Shown: piece after piece, positions 18,027 to 27,270 of the stretch
Layout of the letters: every line of letters begins with the position of its first letter
Numbering within the stretch: the stretch's first letter is position 1
Assembly: GCA_022711495.1 (NCBI GenBank)
Contig: JAKLEX010000001.1
Coordinates: forward strand, 225,389-289,388
Origin: Patescibacteria group bacterium
GTDB taxonomy: Bacteria > Patescibacteriota > Minisyncoccia > Phycocordibacterales > JAACPR01
Direction: 5' to 3'
Length of the DNA stretch: 64,000 nt
Made by a program: the position numbers and the translations under genes
Notes under the pieces: model-generated
The model's database searches: none
The model's input: only the letters and a program-made list of their open reading frames with translations
What the model was told of the DNA's origin: nothing

Positions 18027-19631
18027 ATGTCTGATCTTGTTAGATATATTGAATATTGCTCAGATATTTTTGTTGGCCAAATTTCACCTACTCTAGTATA
18101 TTATTCACACATACCGATAATAATATTATCGCTAATCTTTGGTTTGCATTTCATCTTAAGGGATAGGCGAAACCGGCTCTTTAGTTATTTTCTAAGTCTT
18201 AGCTTGTTAATCTCTCTCTGGAATATTAATGACCTTTTTATGTGGACCATGTCTTATGACAGTTCTCTGACTATGTTTGCTTGGTCGACCTTGGAACTGA
18301 TTGAAGTTTCTTTCTTCTTTGTTTCTACCGGTCTAGTTTATGTATTCTTCTTTGCCAAAAGATTGCCGAAATGGCTTAATCTCGTTTTTATACTTCCGAT
18401 AGTTCCAGTATTTTATTACACAATAACTGGACAGATTCTTCAAAACTATAACGCTATCGTCTGCGAGGCATCAGAAAATTCTAACATCATCAATCAGGTC
18501 GTCCTCTTTACAGATTTGTTTTATATTTTGTCGATCATTATTCTTTATGTTTGGTCTGTGATAAAAAATAAAAGGCAAGAGATATTAAAAAACACCCTAT
18601 TCTTTGCTGGGTTGTTATTATTTCTTGTCTTATACCTAATATCTCTATATGGAGCTGATTATCTTGAAAACTATAACTGGTCATTAATCGCACTGGCAGG
18701 TCTACCAGTGTTCTTGGGGGTAGTTGGCTTTATCGCCGTCCGATTCAATGCGTTTAAATTCAAAATTTTAGGCTCTCAAATCTTAGTTTTTCTATCTATA
18801 TTTATCGTTGGTTCACAATTTGTATTTATCACTAACAATATCAATAGGATACTGAACATTGTCACCTTGGTCATACTATTAATTGGTGGCATTCTCCTTA
18901 TCCGCTCCGTCCGAAAAGTTGACGATCAGAAAGAACAGCTAGCACTCGCCAACACTGAACAAGAAAACTTAATTCATTTCATCTCGCACCAAGTTAAAGG
19001 CTTCTTCACCAAATCCAGAAACATCTTTGCCACTATGAAGGACGAATCCGACTACGTTCCGGAAAATCTTCGGGCCTTTGTTGATGAGGGGCTTCGTTCC
19101 GACAGCGAGGGCATCAAAGTCGTTACGGATATTTTAAGCGCCGCCAATTTGAAGACCGGCAACATTCAATTCTCCAAAGATCGACTGTACATAAATATGC
19201 TGATTGGAAATATCATTGATCACAACAAGTCTCTGGCTGATAAAAAAGGCGTGGCTCTCAAATATAATGCGCCGAATAAAATGATTGAGTTTATCGGTGA
19301 CGAAGATCGTCTGAAAGACGCTATCGGCAACATTATCAACAACTCCGTTAATTACACGATGTCCGGCGAGATTGTTGTTACTCTGACGGATAGTCCAAAA
19401 CAAGTAAAAATTGTCATAAAAGATACCGGCGTCGGTCTTTCCGAGAAAGATAAGGCGCGACTATTTAGCTCGGGCATTCGCGGAGAAGACTCTTTGAAAT
19501 ACAACGTCAACAGCACCGGTTATGGCCTCTACATCGCCAAGCGTGTCATTGAGGGTCACGGCGGAACTATCACCGCCGAATCGGAAGGACGTGACCGGGG
19601 CTCAACCTTTACCATAATCTTGCCGAAATAA
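18027..19631 (+). CDS. Sensor histidine kinase (multi-TM sensor + HisKA/HATPase_c)
   Basis: About 7 N-terminal TM helices. H-box HFISHQVKGF. N box NIINNSVNYT. G1 DTGVGL. G2 GYGLYIAKRVIEGHGG. Confidence 0.85.
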   Translation: MSDLVRYIEYCSDIFVGQISPTLVYYSHIPIIILSLIFGLHFILRDRRNRLFSYFLSLSLLISLWNINDLFMWTMSYDSSLTMFAWSTLELIEVSFFFVSTGLVYVFFFAKRLPKWLNLVFILPIVPVFYYTITGQILQNYNAIVCEASENSNIINQVVLFTDLFYILSIIILYVWSVIKNKRQEILKNTLFFAGLLLFLVLYLISLYGADYLENYNWSLIALAGLPVFLGVVGFIAVRFNAFKFKILGSQILVFLSIFIVGSQFVFITNNINRILNIVTLVILLIGGILLIRSVRKVDDQKEQLALANTEQENLIHFISHQVKGFFTKSRNIFATMKDESDYVPENLRAFVDEGLRSDSEGIKVVTDILSAANLKTGNIQFSKDRLYINMLIGNIIDHNKSLADKKGVALKYNAPNKMIEFIGDEDRLKDAIGNIINNSVNYTMSGEIVVTLTDSPKQVKIVIKDTGVGLSEKDKARLFSSGIRGEDSLKYNVNSTGYGLYIAKRVIEGHGGTITAESEGRDRGSTFTIILPK

Positions 19632-19634
19632 TAT

Positions 19635-20090
19635 ATGAAGAGAATTCTAACCGTCGTATTTTTTATCGTCGTTTTATCGGTTGTGACCTTTATCATAATC
19701 AAGGAGCAGACCGGAGTTCCTGATCAAAACAATTTTGGCAATATCGCCGAAAAAGCCGACCTAATTAAAATTGCCAGTCTTTCTGCCAATCAAGAAATTA
19801 AAAGCCCGATCACTATCACTGGCGAGGCCCGCGGCTATTGGTTTTTTGAAGCGGTTTTACCGGTAATAATCATTGATAAAGAGGGAAATGTCTTGGGGCA
19901 AGGCGTCGCTACAGCCCAAGACGATTGGATGACGACTGATTTTGTCTCTTTTACCGCCACGGTTAGCTTCAATAAATTTAAATTTGCTTCTGATGGCGCG
20001 AAATCTGGAGCTATTATCTTTCAAAAATCAAACCAATCCGGCTTACCCGAAAATGACGATGCTTTGGAATTTCCGATTACGTTTAAATAA
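19635..20090 (+). CDS. Secreted hypothetical protein (possible Ig-like beta-sandwich)
   Basis: Signal/TM anchor. Start 4 nt after the kinase stop, suggesting co-transcription. Confidence 0.45.
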   Translation: MKRILTVVFFIVVLSVVTFIIIKEQTGVPDQNNFGNIAEKADLIKIASLSANQEIKSPITITGEARGYWFFEAVLPVIIIDKEGNVLGQGVATAQDDWMTTDFVSFTATVSFNKFKFASDGAKSGAIIFQKSNQSGLPENDDALEFPITFK

Positions 20091-20113
20091 TCAAAATCTG
20101 CTATAATAATCTT

Positions 20114-21046
20114 ATGCCAAACTGGTTGCTGATCGTTGTTCTTGCTCAACTTTTATATGCTGTCGCCTCTCTGGTTGACAAATTTATTTTGACTTCCCAG
20201 AAAGTCTCCAAGCCGTTCATTTATGCTTTTTATGTCACAGCCCTTTCGATCGTTCCGATTCTTTTATTTTTCCTAAGCCCGCTCAAAATCACTGTGGGCT
20301 CGTTCACTTTTCCACTCTTCGCCAATGTCTACCGTCCGACCGCCGGTCTCATGGCCATGGCCCTGATTTCCGCTTTTGCCGGGTTTTATGGCCTCTTGTC
20401 ACTCTATTCGGCTCTCAAAAAAGCCGATGCCTCCGATGTCGTGCCGGTTATCGGCTCCGTCAGTGCCATCGGCACGTTTATCTTGAGCTTTGTCTTTGTT
20501 TCCGAACCCCTCTCGCAAAATTTCTTACAGGGCTTTATTTTGCTCGTTATCGGCACGGTCTTTGTCTCTCATTTTCGTTTCAATAAAGAAGTTCTCTTTC
20601 TGACCCTTCACTCCGGGTTTTTGTATTCCATCAAGGTTGTCATGATGAAAGAAATGTTTAACATTGTCGGCTTTGATCAGGCCTTTTTTTGGTCGCGAGT
20701 GGCGATATTTATTGTCTTGGTCAGTTTGCTTTTGATCCCGAATTCTTCCCAAAAGATTCAATTCTACGGTCGCAAAACCAGCAAGGGGGGCAATTTGTGG
20801 GTTATCGGCAATGCCATTTTGGGTGGAGTCGCCGCTTTTATTTCTCTCAAAGCCACGGAGTTGGGGAATGTCACGATTGTTCAGGCCATGGGCGGACTGC
20901 AATTCTTATTCTTGGGCGTCTTTTCAATTTTATTCGGCCGAGTCACCACCAAGCACGTCGGAGAAAACAATTCGGTTCGGGATTTGTTCCAAAAAACCGT
21001 CTCCATAATTTTACTGACCGCCGGATTTGCTTTCCTTTTCTTCTAA
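20114..21046 (+). CDS. DMT/EamA-like 10-TM transporter
   Basis: Ten predicted TM helices in two five-helix halves. TATAAT at 20102-20107 just upstream of the ATG. Confidence 0.55.
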   Translation: MPNWLLIVVLAQLLYAVASLVDKFILTSQKVSKPFIYAFYVTALSIVPILLFFLSPLKITVGSFTFPLFANVYRPTAGLMAMALISAFAGFYGLLSLYSALKKADASDVVPVIGSVSAIGTFILSFVFVSEPLSQNFLQGFILLVIGTVFVSHFRFNKEVLFLTLHSGFLYSIKVVMMKEMFNIVGFDQAFFWSRVAIFIVLVSLLLIPNSSQKIQFYGRKTSKGGNLWVIGNAILGGVAAFISLKATELGNVTIVQAMGGLQFLFLGVFSILFGRVTTKHVGENNSVRDLFQKTVSIILLTAGFAFLFF

Positions 21047-21061
21047 ATTCGCCCATATTTT

Positions 21062-22093
21062 GTGACAGAACACCACATCATGGAAACTCTGAAAAAAATT
21101 CTCAAAAGCAAAAAGTTTATCCTCTCGGTTGTCTTTGTTATTGTTTTGGCCGTGGCGGTTAATTGGCCTTCGGAGATGAGTGAGTATGAATACGGCCTGA
21201 CTTTCAGTGCTAAATACGCGCGGGAGCTTAATCTGAATCCGGAAGAAACTTTTGATGCCATCATCAATGATTTGAATATCAAGAAAGTCCGCTTGGTGGC
21301 TTATTGGGACGAAATAGAAGCCGAGAAAGACATCTATGATTTCACTGATCTGGATTGGCAAATTAAGAAAGCCGAAGAAAACGATTTGAGCGTGATTTTA
21401 GCCATCGGCCGACGGGTTCCGCGCTGGCCGGAATGCCATTTTCCTGAATGGGTTTATGGAAAATCTTGGGAAAATCAACAGGACGAATTAATTGATTATC
21501 TTAGAGAGATCGTCAATCGTTATAAAGATTCTAAGGCCGTCACTTTTTGGCAGATTGAAAACGAACCGTTTCTAACTGCTTATGTTCCGGAAATTTGCGG
21601 TTCGGAACTGGACAGAAACTTTCTTGATGAAGAGATCGCCCTAGTTCGCCGCCTGGACCCATCGCGTCGGATTATTGCCACCGATAGCGGAAATATTGGA
21701 ACCTGGCTCGGTGCCTATAAACGAGGGCATATTTTCGGCTCAACTTTTTATATTTACTTGGCCAATCCGCGCTTTGGCGAAGTTAAATCTTTCTTGAATC
21801 ACAATTACTATAAATTCAAGCGCGCCTTGGCGACTTTGCTTTATGGCTATAAACCGACCTATTTGATTGAAGTTTCAATGGAGCCCTGGCTGATTGATAC
21901 TGTCATGAATACGCCGATTGATGAACAACTAGAAGCCATGAATATTGATAGAATAAATGAAATTATTGAGATTTCGGCCAAAACCAATTTTGACGATCAG
22001 TATTTGTGGGGCGCGGAATGGTGGTATTACTTAAAACAAAACGGCCATCCCGAGATCTGGGATTATTTGAAAGAAAGACTATTTTCTTTTTAA
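21062..22093 (+). CDS. Membrane-anchored glycoside hydrolase, TIM-barrel type (GH5/GH42-like NEP motif)
   Basis: N-terminal TM anchor. FWQIENEPF catalytic-acid-like motif. About 340 aa. Confidence 0.45.
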   Translation: MTEHHIMETLKKILKSKKFILSVVFVIVLAVAVNWPSEMSEYEYGLTFSAKYARELNLNPEETFDAIINDLNIKKVRLVAYWDEIEAEKDIYDFTDLDWQIKKAEENDLSVILAIGRRVPRWPECHFPEWVYGKSWENQQDELIDYLREIVNRYKDSKAVTFWQIENEPFLTAYVPEICGSELDRNFLDEEIALVRRLDPSRRIIATDSGNIGTWLGAYKRGHIFGSTFYIYLANPRFGEVKSFLNHNYYKFKRALATLLYGYKPTYLIEVSMEPWLIDTVMNTPIDEQLEAMNIDRINEIIEISAKTNFDDQYLWGAEWWYYLKQNGHPEIWDYLKERLFSF

Positions 22094-22129
22094 TATTTTT
22101 TTAGTCAGCCCTTATTTGTTCCTGCCACG

Positions 22130-23506
22130 ATGGAGCGCATGGAACATATATTTTTTATCGGTATCGGCGGAAAGGGGCTAAACGGCATTGCCAAGGTTTG
22201 TCTGGAAAAGGGTTATAAAGTTTCAGGAGTTGATGTTTGCGATAAGCCGGAGACAATCGCTCTGGCCGGCCTTGGAGCAAAAATTTTTTATGGACACAAG
22301 GAATCAAATATTTCTCCGGAAATCAACCTAATCGTTTATTCGTCTTTAATAAAAGAGAATTGTCCGGAAATTATTGCCGCTCGACGGCTCAACATAAAAA
22401 CCATGAAACGCTCAGCCTTTCTGGGGTTTTTGGCCAGAGATGATTTCCGTATTTCCATCGCCGGCAGTCACGGCAAAAGCACGACGACGGCTTTGGTCGG
22501 ACTAAGCTTGATCAATTCAAATGTTGACGCGACGATTTTCGGCGGCGCTTACACCAAAGAGCTCGGAAGTTACAACCATCTTGGCAAAAGCGGCCATTCG
22601 GTCATTGAAGCTTGCGAATATGATCGCTCGTTTTTTGACTTAACCGCCGATATTTCCGTCATTACTTCCATTGAAAAAAGTCATCTTGAATACTACAAAG
22701 ATGAGGGTGAAATGGTTGAGGCTTTTCGTGAATTTATTCATCTGCACAAGCCAAACGCTTTGATTATCGCTAACGGCGACGATTCTAATATCCGCCGCGT
22801 CACCAGTCATATCGCTCAAAAAGTCATCTATTTCGGTTTTGACGTGCGAAACGATTATGTCATAGGCGACGTGCTAAAAACAAAACTTGGCTCAACTTTT
22901 TCCATCTTTAAGAATTCCAAAAAGATTCTAAATAATCTGACCATCAATCTGCCGGGAACTTATAATATTCTCAATTTCACCGCTACCGCCACGGTTTTGC
23001 GCGAGCTTGGTATTTCTCTGGAGGGAGTGATTGAAACCGCCAAGCATTTTACCGGCGTTGGTAGACGATTTGAAATGACCAGATTGAATACCGGACAGAT
23101 TTTCATTGATGACTTCGCTCATCATCCGACGCAGGTGAAGAATCTTTTTGACGGCATACAACAATTCTTCGGCGAGAAAAAGGTCTGTGCTATTTTTCAG
23201 CCTCGTCAGTACAATCTGATGAAAAATTTTTTAACTGAATACGGTAAAGCTTTCAGCGGCGCGGATGAGGTCATTCTCACCGATATCGTGCCGGGTCTCG
23301 GCGATACCGAGGCCGACTGCCTTAGTGTGAACTCTCATCAAATCGCCGAATCAATTATTAAAAACTCTGGTCGGCCGGCTAGAATAATGAACGATTTTTC
23401 CCAGATAACTCAATATGTTAAATCGAATTATGCTGGAGATTCGGTGGTGACGACTATTGGCGCCGGAGACATCTACAAGATCAGGAATCTTTTTGCCGAA
23501 AAATAA
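22130..23506 (+). CDS. murC: UDP-N-acetylmuramate--L-alanine ligase
   Basis: N-terminal FFIGIGGKGLNGIA. ATP-binding GSHGKSTTTALV. Mur ligase length and architecture. Confidence 0.85.
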   Translation: MERMEHIFFIGIGGKGLNGIAKVCLEKGYKVSGVDVCDKPETIALAGLGAKIFYGHKESNISPEINLIVYSSLIKENCPEIIAARRLNIKTMKRSAFLGFLARDDFRISIAGSHGKSTTTALVGLSLINSNVDATIFGGAYTKELGSYNHLGKSGHSVIEACEYDRSFFDLTADISVITSIEKSHLEYYKDEGEMVEAFREFIHLHKPNALIIANGDDSNIRRVTSHIAQKVIYFGFDVRNDYVIGDVLKTKLGSTFSIFKNSKKILNNLTINLPGTYNILNFTATATVLRELGISLEGVIETAKHFTGVGRRFEMTRLNTGQIFIDDFAHHPTQVKNLFDGIQQFFGEKKVCAIFQPRQYNLMKNFLTEYGKAFSGADEVILTDIVPGLGDTEADCLSVNSHQIAESIIKNSGRPARIMNDFSQITQYVKSNYAGDSVVTTIGAGDIYKIRNLFAEK

Positions 23507-23525
23507 CATATAATTATGATAATTT

Positions 23526-24932
23526 ATGGCGATCGTCAGTAAAAGAAAAAATCCAAAAGTTGCGGTTATCGGGTTTGGTGTTACGGGCAAATCGGTGGCC
23601 AGGTTTTTGATTTCTAGGGGTATAGAGACTCATGTTTATGAAAGTAAAAGACAGCAAGATTTTCCCGAGACGGAATTGAAGAAATTTTCCGAGGCGATTT
23701 TTCACTTTGAAACTAATAACTTTGATCCCAAGGAATATGATTATTTGGTCACCAGTCCCGGAGCTTCACTTGAAATTCCGCCAATCCAAAAAGCCTTAGC
23801 TCTGAACATTCCGGTTCATAACGACCTGACTTTGTTTATTGAAGCCTGGCGCAAAATCGGGAAAATTGTCGGCATAACCGGATCTAACGGAAAAACCACC
23901 ACGGCCTCCGTTTTATACGAGGCGCTGAAAAGACTTACCCCGACAATTTTGGCGGGGAACATTGGTAATTCGCCGTTGGATTTGTTGGATATCCACTATT
24001 CCAAGGACGTAGTGGCAGTTTTGGAAATATCAAGCAATCAATTGGACCTGTTCAAGCCGGAACACTATCTGGATATCTACGTTTTGACCAATTTGAGTTC
24101 AAATCATCTTGATCGTTATCACGGCGATATGGACGAATACGCATTGTCTAAATTAAGGGGCATTAATAAAACTAAAACCAAAACAATTATCTGCGCTGAT
24201 GACTCTGGGACGCAAAAACATATCTTGAAAAAATTGCGGTGCGATGATCTTTTTGTTATTTCCTTCAAGACTTCTCCCGAACAGGCGACTCTTCCCGGGA
24301 TTTATCTTGATCCTCGCCAAGGTCTGATGTGCAAAATGGATGCTCGATCTCGCCCGAAACCGGTCTTCAATAGATCTGACGAAAGAGCGTTGCTTGGTCT
24401 GCACAACCTATACAATATTTCTTTTGTTCTCTTGTCTATCAAACTGTTGGGTCTTGAAATCTCGGCGCCAGCCATAAAAGCCATTAGGAATTTTACACCG
24501 CTTGAACACCGCGTCGAAAAAGTTTGCCAGAAAAAAGGCGTTTTATACGTGAACGACTCAAAATCCACCAGTCCGGATTCAATTCGCGTGGCTTTGGAGA
24601 CAGTTGGCCAAACTAAAAATGTCATTTTGATTGCCGGTGGTGACGACAAGAATATGTCCTTTGATTTTTTGACTGAAGTTTTTTCTGAAAAAGTTAAAGA
24701 CCTGATCATTTTGCCCGGAGAAATAGCGCCGAAACTAAAAAAGGTTGCTTCTTCGGCGAAAGGAGTGACGGTGAGGGAAGTGACAACTTTGGCGGAAGCG
24801 ACCAATTTGGCGGCGGGGAAAGCCGTCTCTGGCGATGTTGTTTTATTGTCTCCCGGCTCATATAGCCGAAATTATTTTAAAGACTATAAAGAACGAGGCG
24901 CCAAATTCAAAGAATTTGTCCGTGACCTCTGA
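23526..24932 (+). CDS. murD: UDP-N-acetylmuramoylalanine--D-glutamate ligase
   Basis: KVAVIGFGVTGKSVA Rossmann N-domain. GITGSNGKTTTASVL P-loop. Adjacent to murC. Confidence 0.8.
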   Translation: MAIVSKRKNPKVAVIGFGVTGKSVARFLISRGIETHVYESKRQQDFPETELKKFSEAIFHFETNNFDPKEYDYLVTSPGASLEIPPIQKALALNIPVHNDLTLFIEAWRKIGKIVGITGSNGKTTTASVLYEALKRLTPTILAGNIGNSPLDLLDIHYSKDVVAVLEISSNQLDLFKPEHYLDIYVLTNLSSNHLDRYHGDMDEYALSKLRGINKTKTKTIICADDSGTQKHILKKLRCDDLFVISFKTSPEQATLPGIYLDPRQGLMCKMDARSRPKPVFNRSDERALLGLHNLYNISFVLLSIKLLGLEISAPAIKAIRNFTPLEHRVEKVCQKKGVLYVNDSKSTSPDSIRVALETVGQTKNVILIAGGDDKNMSFDFLTEVFSEKVKDLIILPGEIAPKLKKVASSAKGVTVREVTTLAEATNLAAGKAVSGDVVLLSPGSYSRNYFKDYKERGAKFKEFVRDL

Positions 24933-24951
24933 CTTTAATTCCGACCATATT

Positions 24952-25443
24952 ATGCGAAGAAAATTCTGGAGCTATTTGCGAACGATGATTTTTTACAAGC
25001 TTTTACGCCTTAAGACTTTTGGTGTCAGAGTCGCGGTTTTTCATCAGGGGCAAGTTTTATTGATTAAAGACCGCTGGTCGCGCTTGTGGGTTTTCCCCGG
25101 TGGTGGGATTCAGACTGGTGAATCTATAAAAGATGCAGCGGTTAGAGAATTCGGCGAAGAGACGGGGCTCGCAATGACAGGAAAGACTATCAGCGAATTG
25201 AAACAATTCGGTGAGTTTAAAAACATTAGCTTTGGTAAAAATGATCATGTTTATCTTTTTTGCGCAGATGTTCCGGATGTTTCTGAATTATCACCCCTTT
25301 TAAAGAAATCGCCCCTAAACTTTCTGGAAGTTGCTGATTTACGATGGTTTCCGATTAATGATCTGCCGAAAACAATTTCCGATTCTACCAGACAACGTAT
25401 CTTTGAAATGAAAAAAGGCCATCCGATTAGTCAAATTTGGTGA
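24952..25443 (+). CDS. NUDIX hydrolase
   Basis: Nudix box GGGIQTGESIKDAAVREFGEETGL. The ORF-track start 24835 overlaps murD, so an internal ATG at 24952 is more likely. Confidence 0.75.
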   Translation: MRRKFWSYLRTMIFYKLLRLKTFGVRVAVFHQGQVLLIKDRWSRLWVFPGGGIQTGESIKDAAVREFGEETGLAMTGKTISELKQFGEFKNISFGKNDHVYLFCADVPDVSELSPLLKKSPLNFLEVADLRWFPINDLPKTISDSTRQRIFEMKKGHPISQIW

Positions 25444-25462
25444 CGTGCTATAATTGATTCCG

Positions 25463-26215
25463 ATGGATATTTTATCGGAGTACAAAAGAAGAAATGAGAA
25501 GTGGAATTATGGGGGACCAAATTGGAAACTTAGCCGGTCAAAAATAGATCTTTTTAATGAATGCCCCAGATGTTTCTATTTGGACAATAAATTAGGAATT
25601 CGCCGACCCTCCATGCCGCCTTTTAATTTAAACGTCGCGGTTGACGCTTTGTTGAAAAAGGAATTTGACATTTACCGCGCCCAAAAGAAGCCGCATCCTT
25701 TGATGAAAAAATATAAGATTGAGGCCATTCCGTTTCAGCATAAGGAACTGGAAAAATGGCGAGATAATTTTGTTGGACTGCAATATCTTCACGAACCGAC
25801 TGGCATGACGATCTCCGGCGCCATTGATGATGTCTGGATAAATTCTCGGGGTGAGCTATATGTCGTTGATTATAAAGCGACGAGCAAAGATGAAGAGATA
25901 ACTTTAGATGATAAATGGAAGGATGGCTACAAGCGACAGATAGAAGTCTATCAATGGCTTTTCCGGCAGTGCGGTTTTGAGGTCTCTGATACTGGCTACT
26001 TCGTTTATGCTAACGGTCTCAAAGATAAGAAATCTTTTGATAACAAACTGGAATTTGATTTGACGATCTTGGATCACGTCGGCAACACGGAGTGGGTTGA
26101 ACCGACGATCTTTAAGATAAAGGAGGTCCTTGACGGCGAAGAATTGCCAAATCCTGGCAAGGGTTGTGAGCATTGCGCTAGCCATAAATTCCGGTCGGAA
26201 GTCGAAAATACATAA
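25463..26215 (+). CDS. PD-(D/E)XK nuclease family protein, Cas4/RecB-nuclease-like with 4 Cys (possible Fe-S)
   Basis: GAIDDVW...ELYVVDYKAT matches nuclease motifs II/III. Cys pairs CPRC (N-term) and CEHC (C-term). The ORF-track start 25454 is a TTG inside the -10 box. ATG at 25463. Confidence 0.5.
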   Translation: MDILSEYKRRNEKWNYGGPNWKLSRSKIDLFNECPRCFYLDNKLGIRRPSMPPFNLNVAVDALLKKEFDIYRAQKKPHPLMKKYKIEAIPFQHKELEKWRDNFVGLQYLHEPTGMTISGAIDDVWINSRGELYVVDYKATSKDEEITLDDKWKDGYKRQIEVYQWLFRQCGFEVSDTGYFVYANGLKDKKSFDNKLEFDLTILDHVGNTEWVEPTIFKIKEVLDGEELPNPGKGCEHCASHKFRSEVENT

Positions 26216-26268
26216 TTCTAAATCGGAATTTCTTTACAGGGAATCAGCTCAATTTATGTTATAATTTG

Positions 26269-27246
26269 ATGACGACATTCATGGAAGAAATATTGAAAAA
26301 CTTTTCTAAACAATTTGACTATCGCCCGGAGGTTAAAAACTCTGACAAACTTGGGGCCGGTTATAAAAATTTCGTTCTGGCCGGCATGGGCGGTTCGCAT
26401 TTGTCTGCGGACATTCTTAAAACTTACAAGCCGGACTTAAGTCTTTTCGTGCATTCCGATTACGGCGTTCCTAGATATTCCAAGGAATTTTGCCGCGAGA
26501 CTCTTTTCATTGCCAGTTCTTACTCTGGTGACACTGAGGAAGTTTTAGATTTTCTGGACGAATCTTATTCTCGTGGTCACGATGTTCTGGTGATTTCTTC
26601 CGGTGGTAAATTGATAACCTTCGCGAAAGACAACAAACTTCCATATATTCAGTTGCCCAAAGAAGATATTCCACCTAGGCTGGCGGTTGGTTACACGACG
26701 GTAGCTTTGGCCGCGATCGTCCTGCCAGAAGCCTTGCCGGAATTACTGTCTCTTCAAAAAGTTTTAGACTCCAAGGGTCTGGAGAACTCCGCGAAAGTTT
26801 TGGCCGACGGTCTTTTTGACAAAATACCGGTCATTTACGCCTCAAATAAAAATAAAAGAGTGGCTTATAACTGGAAAATAAAGTTCAATGAGACGACTAA
26901 AATACCAGCTTTCTGTAATTTTTTCCCAGAACTCAACCATAACGAGATGCAGGGATATGATTTTATTTTCCAGAACGAATCACTGTCCAAACGTTTTCAC
27001 TTTGTCATTATTCGCGACGCTTTGGATGACGAAAAAATTTCCAGAAGGATGGAAGTTTTGCAACAACTTTTTGAAGAGAAGGGACTGGGCGTTACCTCAG
27101 TGTATTTGGAAGGGAACAATCGCTTTGAACAAATTTTTAATTCAATATTGCTGGCAGATTTGGTGACGGTTAATCTAGCTGAAAAATACGGAGTTGATCC
27201 GGTCGAAGTCCCTATGATTGAGACTTTCAAGAAAAGAATCTCTTAG
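26269..27246 (+). CDS. SIS-domain bifunctional phosphoglucose/phosphomannose isomerase-like protein
   Basis: GMGGSHLSADIL SIS motif. About 325 aa. Two-domain layout typical of archaeal/bacterial PGI/PMI. Confidence 0.55.
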   Translation: MTTFMEEILKNFSKQFDYRPEVKNSDKLGAGYKNFVLAGMGGSHLSADILKTYKPDLSLFVHSDYGVPRYSKEFCRETLFIASSYSGDTEEVLDFLDESYSRGHDVLVISSGGKLITFAKDNKLPYIQLPKEDIPPRLAVGYTTVALAAIVLPEALPELLSLQKVLDSKGLENSAKVLADGLFDKIPVIYASNKNKRVAYNWKIKFNETTKIPAFCNFFPELNHNEMQGYDFIFQNESLSKRFHFVIIRDALDDEKISRRMEVLQQLFEEKGLGVTSVYLEGNNRFEQIFNSILLADLVTVNLAEKYGVDPVEVPMIETFKKRIS

Positions 27247-27270
27247 GTTTTTTGTGTTAAAATTCAACTG

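Noticed and set aside
20525-21162. ORFs 20525-20902(-) and 20689-21162(+) overlapping the DMT transporter
   Set aside because: They are alternative frames of a membrane-protein gene with consistent TM periodicity in the chosen frame.
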